Assembly (NCBI GenBank): GCA_014905635.1
Contig: JABVCE010000029.1
Span: forward strand, 372,001 to 436,000
DNA from: Scenedesmus sp. PABB004
Lineage: Eukaryota
Direction of reading: 5' to 3'
DNA length: 64,000 nucleotides
Shown: in pieces, positions 11,384-31,430 of the stretch
How the letters are laid out: every line of letters begins with the position of its first letter
How positions within the stretch are numbered: the stretch's first letter is position 1
The notes under the pieces: model-generated
The model's input: only the letters and a program-made list of their open reading frames with translations
Database searches by the model: none
What the model was told of the DNA's origin: nothing
Position numbers and translations under genes: made by a program

Positions 11384-13513
11384 TCACGCCGCCGCCGCCG
11401 CGCTGGCGGTGCCGCGCCAGCCGATGTAGTTGGCGCACACGCGGCTGAAGCCGATTGGGTCGTCCGGCCGCACCGTCTGGTCGAGCTGCTCAAAGTCGTC
11501 GGTGCTCCACGTGATCCCCACTGCCAACCCCGCGACGCCGCCCTGGCGCCGCGGCATCACGACCAGGCCGTACCCGTGCTCCGGCTGCCCCGACGCCGCG
11601 GACAGTGCGCGGCCGAGACCGAAGGGCCGGATCGAGCGCTGCGCAGCGTGCGTCGGTGGGGGCAGGTGGGCGCGGGCGGCGGTAGCCGTGTCGTGCTGGG
11701 TGCGCGCACCCAGCGGCGCGGCTGCCGGCGCCGCCGCCCGCCGCGGCCGCGGCCGGCCAGGCCGGGCCTCCTCCTCCCCGCCCGGCAGCGACGCACCCCG
11801 AGGTCGGCCACGGGGTCTGCTGTCGCGATAAACACCGTGTGCACGCGCGCCCAGTCGCGCGGCGGGCGGCCGAGCGGGCTGCAGGCCTTGGAGTAGAAGG
11901 CCGGATTGTAGTAGCCCTCCTGGCAGGGGGCGAGCGGCGGGGCGAGCAGGGTGAGCTCACGCGGCGGGCCAAGGCGGCGCGGGCGCTGCTGCGAGGGGCG
12001 GCGGGCGGCGCACCCCGAGCACGCGCGTCGGCGCGGCGGGCGACGTCGACAGCGCGGGCAGCGCGGCGAGCCGGCGCAGCAGCCAGGCGTCGCGGGGCAC
12101 GCCCGGCGCAGCGCGCGTGGCGTCGAGGCGGGCGACGTGGATGTGGAGCTGGTGCACGCCGCGCCGGTTGGGCGGGTTGAGCATCAGCGCAAAGCTGTCG
12201 TCCCCGCCCGCGCCGCCGCCGTCGCTGCCGCCGCGGCCAAAGCCCAGGCGGAGCGCCTCGTAGTATGCGTTGGCCCACAGGTGCTCCCCCGCGTCGTCGG
12301 TGCAGCCGGGCGCGGCGCTCTCGATGCCGGTGCAGGGCGCCTTGGGCATGACCTGTGCAGGCAGGACCGGAGGGGGCGCAGGGCTCGGCGGGCGCCCGGC
12401 GCGAGCGAGCAGGGCACGCCACGCACGCAGGGGCAAGCCGCCGCGCGCGGCCCCGCCCTCACCAGCCAGTGGTTGGCGAACAGCCGCCCGCCCGCGCCGC
12501 CGGCGCCGCCGCGCGCGAGCAGCAGCGCGTAGGGCGCGGCGGCCGCCGCAGCCGCGTTGGCGGTGCCGCCGGTGCGATCAAAGCACATGTTGCAGTAGCT
12601 GGGGGCGGCCGCGGCGGCGGCGGTGCGGCGCGCGCCGTCGGCGGCGGGCGGCCCGCGCCTGGCAGAGCCGGCCAGCACGCGCCCCGCAACGCAGTGCTCA
12701 CGTGCAGGAGGCGTTGAACGCGCCGCTGTCCAGGTTGAGCGCGTCGGTGACGCAGTGCCGGGTGATGGCCTGGAAGAGCCCGCAGCGCGCCGCGCAGCCG
12801 GCGTTGTCGGGGTGGGTGCAGTCGGCGGTGAAGCGCGGCATGCAGTAATTCTGCATGATCGCCAGCCGCCGGGACGCCAGGCAGGGGAGGAGTGGCGGGA
12901 CACCGGGGCATAGGGCCACGGGGGCGGCGGCGGAGGGGGCGGGTCAGGCGCGGCGCGGCGCCCGCGCCGGCGCGCGCGGGCGGGAGGCCGTGGCGCTGCC
13001 GCCCCGCAAGCCGGCCAGCCACCGCGGGCGCACCTCGGGCAGGCTGGGCGCCGCGCGGCGGGGCCAGCGGCCGGCGGCGGCGGGCGGGGCAGGGCAGGGG
13101 CGTGGCTCAGAGCGGGCGTGGCGAGCGGGGGCGACGCGCCGCGCCGCGCCGCGGCGCGGCAGGGCTCACACGGCGTCCAGGTAGCGCAGCGTGGGACAGA
13201 CGTCGGGGTCGTCCAGGCTCTTGCACGCCGTCGCTGGGATGCCGGCCGCCGCGTCGGCTTCGCAGCCGCGCATCCGCGCCGCGGGGTCGTGGCTGCACTC
13301 GGTCGCGCAGTCGCCGCGCGGGTAGCGCGCCGCCGGCACGTCGCCCGCGCCGCCGGCGGCGCCAAAGCCATAGAAGCGCCGCGGCGGCGCCGCCGCGGTG
13401 CCGCCGCCGCCCAGGGCCCTCGCGGGCGCCAGCGCGACCGCGCTGATCTCGAGGCCGCCGGCGCAGAGCAGCAGCGCCACCAGCGCCAGCGCGCTGAGGC
13501 ACCTCAGGCGCAT
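11384..13513 (-). CDS. Secreted Cys-rich protein with CDP-diacylglycerol pyrophosphatase (Cdh, HIT-like) domain
   Basis: Signal peptide MRLRCLSALALVALLLCAGG. Spliced motifs GLFQAITRHCV, HWLVMPKAPCTGIES, HLWANAY, FALMLNPPNRRGVHQLHIHV, RPF...YGLVVM and EQLD occur in the same order as in bacterial Cdh (comparison from memory). TGA at 11386-11384. Confidence 0.7.
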
Positions 13514-14035
13514 GCTGCCGCCGTGCGGCGGGGCGTCGCCGGCGACGCGCGGCCGGCCCTCCAAGCTGCGCCGGGCTGGCAGCGGCGCGCGGTGCTCATC
13601 AGCCGGATCGCGCGCCCGGTCGAAAGCTGATGCGCCGGGACACGGCCAGGGTGTGGTGCGCCATTTCGAGCGCGAAGCAGCGGGCTTGAGCGGGTCGCGT
13701 GGGCGAGCAGCGGCGGGTGCGCGGCGGTGAGCGCGTGCCGGGCGGCGCACGGGACGATCTGGACGATCGGGGGTGGGTGCGGGGATGCCGGGGCGGCCCT
13801 GCAGCTGGTGCCGTTCAGCCCCGCGCGCGCGCCGCCGCCGCGGTTGAGCGGCGCACGCCGGCGCGCGGAGCGCTGCGGCCGACGCAGCCCCGCCGCAACG
13901 CACAGGCAAGCACATCGATCTCGCCTCTCCCTCGCGACGCGCAGCGCACGACGCGCGCCTGTGTCGCCGACGCAGCAGCAGCAGCAGCAGCAGCAGCGCT
14001 CGGCAGCAGCCGCCGCCCTTCACGGGCGGGCGGGC

Positions 14036-15766
14036 ATGGGGCACATCTACTTCGACGACGACGGCGGCGGCCAGCCAGACGGCGCGCCGGCGCCGCCGCA
14101 GCTGCAGCCGCCGCCGGGCAGCGGCGCAGTCGCCGGCGCGCCACCGGCCGCCGGCCCGCGCTTCGCGGCCTGCTGCGCCCGCGCGCGCGTGGACTACAAC
14201 GCCGCCGACCCCTGCTACGTCTTCAAGGCCGTGGTGGCCCCCGACGGCGGCTGCGTCGCGGCGGCGCTGAGCAACCACGCGCTGAAGCTCTTCGCCGCCG
14301 CGCCGGGCGGGCTCGCGCACGTCGGCGACATCGCCGCGCACGCCGGCACCATCTCGGACGTGCAGTTCCCCTTTGCGGAGCTGCCGCACGCGCTGTACAG
14401 CTGCAGCCGCGACGGCACCGTCGCGGGCTGGGACCTGCGCACGCGGGCGCAGGCGGAGAGGTGCGGCGGCCGCCGCGGGCCGCCGCGGGCCGCCGCCGGC
14501 CGCCGCCGCGCCCCGGACTCGCGCTCACACGCCGCCCGCCGCACCGCTGCGCTCGCAGCTACCGGGCGGGCAACCAGGAGCTCTATGCCTTTGCTGTGAG
14601 CGATGGCCTTGTCGCCGCGGGCGGCCAGGGCGACGTGCACTTTTGGGACCGGCGCAGCGCGAAGCGGCTGGCGAGCTTTGACGACATGCACATGGATGAT
14701 GTCACGCAGGTGAGACAGTCCCGGGGGCGACGGCCGCGCTGCTGGCGCGGCAGCGGGCGCCGCGGGCGCCGCCGGCGCGGGCAGGCAGCGCAGGCGCCGC
14801 CGTGCGGCACGGCGCAGCGGCGGCAGCGGCGGCGGCAGCGACGGCAGCGCCGCGCGCCCAGCGCGCCGGGCGCGCCTGCCGCGCAGGTGCGGTTCCACGC
14901 GCCCAGCCGCAAGCTCCTCACCGCGAGCCAGGACGGCCTGGTCGCGGTGCATGACCTCGCCAGTGGCCTCAACCAGGACGACGGCTTCATCGCTGGTGCG
15001 CCACGCAGCAGCTGCGCGGCCGCCCCGCCCGCGCGCCGCGCGGCGGCGGGCGAGCGCCTGGCAGCCACGCGGCCCAGCCCAGGACCGCCGCCGCCGCCGC
15101 CCCCCCGCCGCCGCACCCGCGCGCCGCGCCGCAGCGCTCAACGTGGGGACGTCTGTGGAGGAGCTGGGGTTGTATGGCCCCGGCGAGACGCGACTGTGGT
15201 GCCGCACAGGCACCGAGACGCTGCAGCTGTGGGACTGGCTCGCCGCGACCGACGAGGCCGCGCCCGGCGGCGACATGGCGGTCGCGGACCTCACCGAGGC
15301 GCGGTCGATGGCGGCGGCGGCCGCGGCCGGCGGCAGCGCGGCGGGGCTGCTCGGCGAGGTGGGATACCTGGTGGGCTGCCACTACGACGCCGCCACGCAG
15401 CAGCTGCTGCTGGTCGCGGGCACGACCGGCGGCGCGGTCGCGTTCTGGCCCGTCGCCGAGGCGGCGGCGCGCGGCGGCGGCCTGCCGCCTGGCGCCAACC
15501 TGCTGCAGCCGCCCGCGGTCGTGCTGTCGGGCGTCCACCGCGACGTCGTGCGCTCGGTCGAGTGCTTCGCCGGCGCGGCGGCGGCGCGGCTGCTGTGCGT
15601 GAGCGCGGGCGAGGACGCACAGCTGGGGCTGTGGACGCTCGACGGCGAGACCGCGGCGGCGGCGGTCGCGAGCAGCTCCAAGGACTCGGCCGACTCGGGC
15701 GGCCCCAGCCGGCGCCCGGCGGCGGCGCAGGGCGGCAGCGCGCCCGCGCGGCGGTCGCCCTACTGA
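14036..15766 (+). CDS. WDR89: WD40-repeat protein, WDR89-like; 4 exons
   Basis: AHAGTISDVQF...YSCSRDGTVAGWDLR, VHFWDRR, FDDMHMDDVTQVRFH, LLTASQDGLV, LNVGTSVEELG, TGTETLQLWD, HRDVVRSV...SAGEDAQLGLW. TGTAA at 15813. Confidence 0.82.
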
Positions 15767-15886
15767 CCGCGCACGCGGCGGCGGCGCGGCTGCCGGCAGC
15801 GGCGCAGGGCGCTGTAACCGCGGCGAGCCAGTTCGGTTGCCCCGGCGCTCCCTCACCGCCGTCACAGATTGGCCCCAATGCCCCCA

Positions 15887-17878
15887 TCAGCTGGTCTTGG
15901 TCTTGATGGGCGGCACGTCGATGACGCGGCCCGTGTTGGCCAGCCCCGGGTCGCACAGCTTGCAGGACAGGCGACAGCTGACGGACATGTAGCCGGCGTT
16001 CTTGTCGCACTCCCCCGACGCCGCCCAGGAGGCGCAGCTCACGTGCTCGTCGGCGCAGCCCGTGGGGCGGCGCGGCGGCGCGCCGTCGCCAAAGGGCGAC
16101 ACGTGGATCCACTTGGTCGCGGACCACTTGGACCTGCGGCGCGCGGCGAGCGCGTGGGCGGGGCGGCGGCGAGCACGTGGGCGGGGCGGCAGGCGACGCG
16201 ATGGGCGGCGGACGAGGCGCGCGTCCGTGGGCGGCGCGCGGCGCGGCGCAGCCTCACCCCTTTGTCGTCGGGCAGCTGGCGTGCAGCGAGAGCGGGTCCT
16301 TCTTGCCGTCGGGCGTGAGGCTGTAGAACATGAGCGCGTCGCCACGGCGGGGCTTGTTGGCGAGGCCCCGCAGCGCGCACTCGCTCCACCCAGGCCCGCT
16401 GACCTTGTCCGGCGAGTCGGGGAACACAGTCTCACCGCCTGCCCGCCCGGCGGCCGCGCGGCGGCGCGGGGTGAGCGCGGGTGGCGCGGCGGGCGCGGCC
16501 CCGGCCGTGCGCACGGCCGCGCCCCCGGCGGCGCCGCAGCGACGCCGCGGGCGGGCGCACCCTCCTCTGGCGTGCTCAAGTACATGAGCACTGTCAGAAC
16601 GCGCTGCCCGCCCGCCTCCAGGCGCTGGTTCACCTGCGCGGCACACGAGCGCGCGGCAGCCGGGGCAGGGCTTGCAGCGTGCCGCCGCCGCCGCCGCCGT
16701 CGCCGCCGCCCGCGCCCGCTGTCGCACGGCACGGCCAGCCCTCCCCCGCCGCCGTCCCCGGTGGCCCCCCAGGCGCACGTCATCATGGAAGTAGTCATAG
16801 CTGGAGCGGCGGGCGTCAGCGGCGGGCGGCGGCAGCGGGCGGCGGCGGCGTCAGCGGCGGGCGGCAGCGGGCGGCGGCGTCAGCGGCAGGCGGCCGCGGC
16901 GCCGACGGCGGCGGCTGCGCGGCCGCCAGCCAGCCAGCGCGCCCGCGCAAGCGTTCCAGCACCAGCGCCCGCGCCCGCGCCCGCGCCACGCACTGGGCCT
17001 CATACTTCTGGCCGTCCTTGTAGTGCAGCACCTGCAGCCCCTCCTGGTGCTCTGCGCGGCGCGGCGCGGGCGCGCCCGGCTCGCGCCCGCCGTCGCCCTG
17101 GCCGCTCGCCCCGCGCGCCCGCCGCGCCGTGCCCCCGCGAGCGCCGCGGGCCCGCGCTGGGGCCGTGCTGCGCGCGCACCGACTGGGATCATCGTCACCG
17201 CCGCCACGCGCGTCTCGATGCGTGAGACGACGTCGTCGTGCGCTCGCTGGTAAAACGTGCCCGTGCTCGTGCGCACCTGCGCCGCGCGGGCGGCGGCGGC
17301 AGGCGCGCGGCGGGCGCGCAGCGCGTGAAGTGAGAGCGCACCGCGACGGCGGCGCGCCCGCACGGCCTGCGCGCTCCGCGCCGCGCCTCGCTCTTCTTTA
17401 CGACGCCCGTGGCGCTGTCCACGACGTTGGACTCCTCCATCTTGGGCTCGGACTGCGTGCGCGCGGCGGCGCGCACGTGGCGGCACGCACCCGCGGGCCT
17501 GGGCACGGCGGCGCGCGCGCCTGGCCCCGGGCCGCGCCGCCAGCGGCACTGCCACCGCCGCCGCCGCCGCTCGCGCACCATCTTGATGATGTGCTCGCAC
17601 TCCGCGTCGCTGAGGAAGCCGCGGAAGAGGAAGGCGCGTGGCGACCACGACAGCTGCTCCACCTCGCCCCGCCAGTTCTCCTGCGGCCGCCGCGGCGGCC
17701 CGTTGCGCGCGCCCGGGACAGCGGCGGGGGCTGCTGCGCCGGCCCGGCTGCGACGCCGCACCTCAACCACGCCGTAGCCGACGGCGTCGCCTCCGGCGAC
17801 GGTCGCCGCTGCTGCTGTCAGCGCGAGCGCCAGGGCCCAGCGCGGTGCTCGCCGGCCCCCGACGCCCTGCCGCGCCAT
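15887..17878 (-). CDS. P4H: Plant/algal-type prolyl 4-hydroxylase with C-terminal ShK domain
   Basis: LSWSPRAFLFRGFLSDAECEH, VRTSTGTF, LQVLHYKDGQKYEAHYDYFHD, QRVLTVLMYLS, GGETVFP, SLHASCP, KWSATKWIH, then CADEHVSCASWAASGECDKNAGYMSVSCRLSCKLC. Confidence 0.93.
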
Positions 17879-18342
17879 CGCGGAGGGGCGGCGGACGCCG
17901 CGGACAGCACGGGCGGCGCGGCGGCGCGGCGCGCGGCAACAGCTGCGCGGCGTCGGTTGCGGCGCGCAGTCGCGGCTGCGGGCGTGCGGCGGCTAGGCGC
18001 TGGTGTGCAGGTCTGGGGGGGGGGGCGAGGGCGGCGGGGCGAGACTTGCGCCGCCGTGGAGGAAAGGCGGGAGTCCGCCGCGGTTTGGGGGGGGGGGGGG
18101 GGTTGCACCGCCGCGCCCCACGCCTCGCCGCCCGCCCGCGCCCCCGCCGCTCCGTTCCGGCAACCGGGGGGCGTCATTGCCTGTACGTCAGCCCCGAGCG
18201 CACGCGTCGCGCGATTTCATTTCAGTCAGGGTTTAGCCGCTGCGTGCCGCGCTGCAAAGAATTGTTCTCCACCTTGACCAATCATCCGCGTCTCTTCGTT
18301 CGTCAGCCGCGTCGCGTCGGCCGCGTCGGCCGCAGCGTCGCC

Positions 18343-26663
<8,321 letters not shown>

Positions 26664-27055
26664 GGCCGCGCCGTCGCCGCGCCGCGCCGCGCCGCCGCGT
26701 GCGCCGCTGCTCTCGCTGCTGTCGCTAGTTTGATGCGTGGCGCGGCATGGTTGCGCGACGTCGATCGCGGGGGGCTGCAGGGGAAGACTGTGGTGGGAGC
26801 GCGGCGGCGTTCGGGAGGCGTCGTGCGAGCGCGAGGGCTCAAAGCGCGCGTGGTCACTCTGGTGGTCATGTAGCCGCGCTTGCTCCATCGCGTGCGCCGC
26901 GGCGCCCAAAGGCTAATCGCGTTCGCACCGCGCCTGCCTGCGTGTGCACGCTGCTGCGCGCCCACCCCGCGCCCGCCGCCGCCGCTGCTGCTCGCGCTGC
27001 CGCGCGCTCGGCGGTCCCCAGCACCCACACACGCTCGCACATCCGGCGGGCCGCC

Positions 27056-29249
27056 ATGGGGTGGTGGGACCTCAGCATACGCTTCCTGGGCTGGGTGCGG
27101 GGCGGCGGCGCGGCCGGCGCGCGGCGCGGCGGCGGCAGCGGCGGTCGGCCGCCAACCGCCGCGCGGCGCGCAGGGCGGCGGCGTCGGCGCGGTGCTGCTG
27201 GGGCTGATCTATGCCTTCCAGGAAAAGCTGGTGCGGGGGGGCGCGGCAGGGCGACGCGCAGCTCTGCAGCGTCCGCGGCGCGGCGCCAGCAGCAGCAGCG
27301 GCGCTGCTCACGCCGCCACCGCCCGGCTGCAGCTGTACGTCCCGCGCATCCCTGGCGTGCCGGAGCACGACGAGCAGCTCGTGCCGCAGCGCTGGGGCTT
27401 CGCGGAGGAGGCGGTGCGCGCTGGCCGGCGGAGCCCGGCGGGGCGGCGGTGGCGGCGGCGGCGGCAGCGGCGGCGCCGACCCCGCGCCCGCGCCCGCGCG
27501 CCCGCCAGGACGTGTGGCTGACGGCGGCGGACGGCACGAAGCTGCACGCGTGGATGCTCGTGCCGCGCGGCTGGACGAGCGAGACGCTGCGCGCCCGGCC
27601 GGTCGTTCTCTTCTTTCAGGCGCGGGCCCCCGCACCCGCCGGCAGCGCCGCCGCGCCGCCGCGCCGCACGCCTGCGCAGGGGGCCCGGGGCCTGGCGGCG
27701 CTGGGAGCCTGGCGGCGCGCACTCCGCCGCGGCCCGCCGCGACCGCCGCCGCCGCGCGCCGCGCCGCCGCCACCGCGCGCAGGAGAACGCGGGCAACATG
27801 TCCCACCGCCTCCCCTTCCTCCGCCTCATCGCGCAGCAGCTGCAGGTCAGCATCTTTGCGCCAAGGTGCGACGCGCGGCGGCGGCGGCGGCGAGCGGCGG
27901 GGCGGCCGACGCTCGCGCCGCGCGCGCACGCCGCGCGCGCGCGCCGCCGCGCCTGCCGCCGCCCCGCCCGCCGCGCCCTCTGCGGCCGCGGCCCACGCCC
28001 GGCCTGCGCCCGCGGCCGCGCGGCGCCGCAGCTACCGGGGCTATGGCATGTCCCACGGCAAGCCCAACCAGCGGGGGCTGCAGCTCGACGCGCAGGTGCG
28101 CGCCGCGCCACGCCCCGCGCCGCGCCTGCCCAGCCCGCCTCCCGGCCCCCGCCTTAGCACGCCGCACTGGTGCGCGGGTGCGCAGGCGGCGCTGGACCAC
28201 CTGCTGGCGCGCGACGACGTCAACACAGGCGCGGTCGTCGTGTTTGGCCGCTCCCTCGGCGGCGCGGTCGCGATCCACCTGACCGCAGAGAACGAGGACA
28301 AGGTGCGCCGCGCGGGGCGGCGAGGGACGGGGCGGGCAGGCGCGGCGGCCGGGGGCGGCTGCGGGCGGCGCAGCGCCCCTCCTCGCCCCGCCGCGCGCCG
28401 CGCACGCGGTCACGCGGTCACGCCGTCCGTCGCTCTCCCTTGGCGCCTAAACCCTAAACCCAGGTGGCGGCGCTGGTGGTTGAGAACACCTTCATGTCGG
28501 TTGAGGACATGGTCAGCCAGGTGCGGTTAAACCCTAGGGTTTAGGCGCCCCGCGGCCGGCCTGCAGAGGTGCTCGCCCGCCGGCCGCTGGGCGGGCGAGA
28601 GGTGGCTGAGGGAGGGCTGGCGGGGCTGCGCGCTCGCCCAGCCGCGCCGCCGGCGGCGGGCCCCACAGGTGCTGCCGCCGCTAGGCAGCGTGATCGGGAC
28701 GGGCAAGCCGCTCAACTGCCTGGTGACCAACAAGTGGCGCAACCTGCCAGAGATCTCTCGCATACGCCGCCTCCCGCTGCTGCTGCTCGCCTCCGTGCAC
28801 GTGCGCCGCCGCGTGCGCTGCGTGCGCCTGGGCGCAGCCGCTCGCAGCCTGCGGCGTCGGCAAGCGCCCACCGCGCCCCGCCCGCCCGCTCGCCCGACTG
28901 CCTGCCGCCGCCGGCCGGGGGCGCGCAGGACGAGATGGTGCCATTCCGTCACATGCAGGCGCTGCACCAGGCGACGCGCAGCCCCGCGACCGTCTGGGTG
29001 GAGTTCCCCGACGCGCTGCACATGGACGCATACCACACCAACAGGCGCGCGCGCGCGCGCACACAGCGGCGCCGCGGCTGACCGCCGCGGCCCGCAGCCA
29101 GCTGAACCCCGCCCCGTGCCGCGCTTGAACCCTGTGTGCCTGCTGCCAGGGAGATCTACTGGCCCGCCGTTCGCGAGTTCATGGAGGCCCACGTGCTGCC
29201 CAAGGCCGCAGCGGCCGCGGCGGCGGCCGCGGCGGCGGCCCGGGAGTGA
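27056..29249 (+). CDS. ABHD13: Alpha/beta hydrolase, ABHD13/WAV2-like
   Basis: LIYAFQEKLLYVP, DGTKLHAW, FFQENAGNMSHRL, SYRGYGMSHGKPNQRGLQLDA, FGRSLGGAV (nucleophile elbow), VENTF, DEMVP and HMDAY. Confidence 0.92.
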
Positions 29250-29599
29250 GCGCGGCGACGCGCACGGCGCGAGCGCGCGCATGCGCGCCGGGCGTTGGCG
29301 GCCGCTCCGCCCCCGGGGGTTGTGACCAGGGCTCTGGCTCAAACGTTACATGGGCGCCGGCAGAGCGCCAGAGCGGCAGCGGCGACAGCCCGCAAGCCGC
29401 CAGGCCGACACAGACGAGGGACAGGCTGGCGGCTGACGACCGAGCGCAGCGGCTTGTTCAAAACGCGACACGATGGCAGTCGCAGCCCAGCTAAGAAGAA
29501 GAAAGAAAGGGAAGAACGCTGGTCCCCGTCAGCCACGAAACTTTATTGACGCGCACCGATCCCGCCACCAGGCCAGCCGCCACCGTCGCGGCGGCTGCT

Positions 29600-31056
29600 T
29601 CACCTGCCCGTCAGCGAGCGCCGCACCAGCGCAGCGTTGGCGCCGACGTGGTCCTTGACGGGGGTGTGCGGCCCGCGCAGGAGCATGGCGCTGCTGGCGC
29701 GCGCCGGCGACGCCTGCGGGCTGCCCAGCACGGCGGTGCCGGCCAGCCGCTGCTGCATCACCAGCTGCGCAGCACCCTGCTGCAGCAGCAGGCCGCCCCT
29801 GCTGCTGCTGGCGCTGCACGCGCGCGGCACGCTCGCGCCGCGGGTGAGCGAGGCGGCGGAGCCACCCAGCAGGCTGCTGCCGGCGGTCACCGCTGCCGGA
29901 GGCTGTGAGGAGCAGCTGGAGGGCGCCCAGCTGAACGGCGCGAGGCCGCCGCAGGCGCTGCGGAGCGGGCTGGGGGGCTGCGCGGGTGCAGGGCGAGGCG
30001 GCGGCGCGGCGAGTCGGGCGGCGGCGCCCGGGGCGCTGAAGCGGCCCGCCGGCCAGCTCCCCAGCGCCGCCGCCTCCCTCTGGTGGGCGCACCTGGCGGG
30101 CTGCCGGAAGGGCGTCGTGGGCTGCTGCACCGCGCTGGGCGGCGCCGTGGGGCTGATGTTGGCGGTGGGGCTGGCCGCGCCGGCGGCGTCGGGGGCGCCG
30201 TCCACGGCCGACGGCAGCAGCAGCAGGCGCCGCACCTGCGCGCGCTGCACCGGCGTCTGCGGCGAGCGCACGCCCTGGGGGTAGGTCCGCGTGTCGTGGA
30301 AGGCCTGCCGGGCGAGGGGCGCACGCGGCGCCAGGGCAACGGCGGCGGGCGCGCAGGCGGGTCAGCGGCGCCCGCCGCCGCCCGAGCGCGCGGCGCGCGA
30401 CGCGCGGCGCGCGCGCCTGCGTGAAGCGCAGTGCCTGCGTGCAACTCAGGCCGAAGAGGCGGCCGAGCATCGTCGCGACGAGCGTGCCAGTGCGGCCGTG
30501 CCCGCCCCAGCAGTGTATGTAGAGCCGCTCGCCGCGCAGCACGCGCGCGCAGCAGTCGTCGGCGAGGCGCGACATCGCCGCGTCGGTGGTGACGCTGCCG
30601 TCGATGATGGGGAGGTGGAGGAAATCGAGCTTGCGCTGCGCGAACGACGCGGACGCGCCCGCCGCGTGCGCGCGGCTGAGCAGGCGCTGCGCGTCCTTGA
30701 TGTACGGCCGCAGCCCCAGGCCCGAGCGCCACGCGTGCTCGGGCAGGTGGATGTTGACCTCCGCCTGCAGGCACACGACTGCGCGCGCGCGGCGGCGGCG
30801 GGGTGAGCGCGCGGCGCGGGGCGGCGCACGGCTCGGCGCGGCGCGCGGCGCGGCGCGACGCACAGGTGTTGACGCCCAGCTCGAGGAGCAGCGTGAGCAT
30901 GCGCTCGGTCTCGTCGTCGTCCAGGGTTGCGGGGTAGGCGCCCGCGATGCAGCGCCCGGGGATGCACCAGTTGCTGAACGCCGTCGGCCCGGCCATGTGC
31001 TTGCACGCCGCCACCGGCGGCAGCGGCGGCAGGCCAGCCATGCTGGCCACTGGCAT
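29600..31056 (-). CDS. Cys-based (dual-specificity/PTP-like) protein phosphatase; start uncertain
   Basis: GPTAFSNWCIPGRCIAGAYP, FLHLPIID, catalytic YIHCWGGHGRTG (CX5R) and SPQTPVQRAQV. Confidence 0.85.
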
Positions 31057-31430
31057 CAGCGGCAGCCGCGGACCTCGCGCGCCGCTGCTCGGCGGCCGCC
31101 GCGGCCTGGAGGCGCGGGCGCTCGCTGACGCCGAACTGGGTGAGCTTTCCGACACCTATTCAGACTGGTGAGGGGTGCGTGGCGCCGTGGGGCGCAAAGG
31201 CGCCGGGCCGCGCCAGTTGAAGGCGCTGGACCGCGGGACGACCCGCGCGCTCTCAACTCGCGCCTGCGCGGCGAGCTCACAACTGGCGCGTCGGACGCGC
31301 GCAAGGCGCCACGTAGCGTCGGCGGGGCTTGGCGCGGGTTGAGCGGCGGCGCAGGCGCGACGCCAAAGAGTGGCGTCGCGCGGGCGGGACGCCGCGGCCT
31401 GCCAACCAGCGGCGCGCGTCGCTCGAGAGC

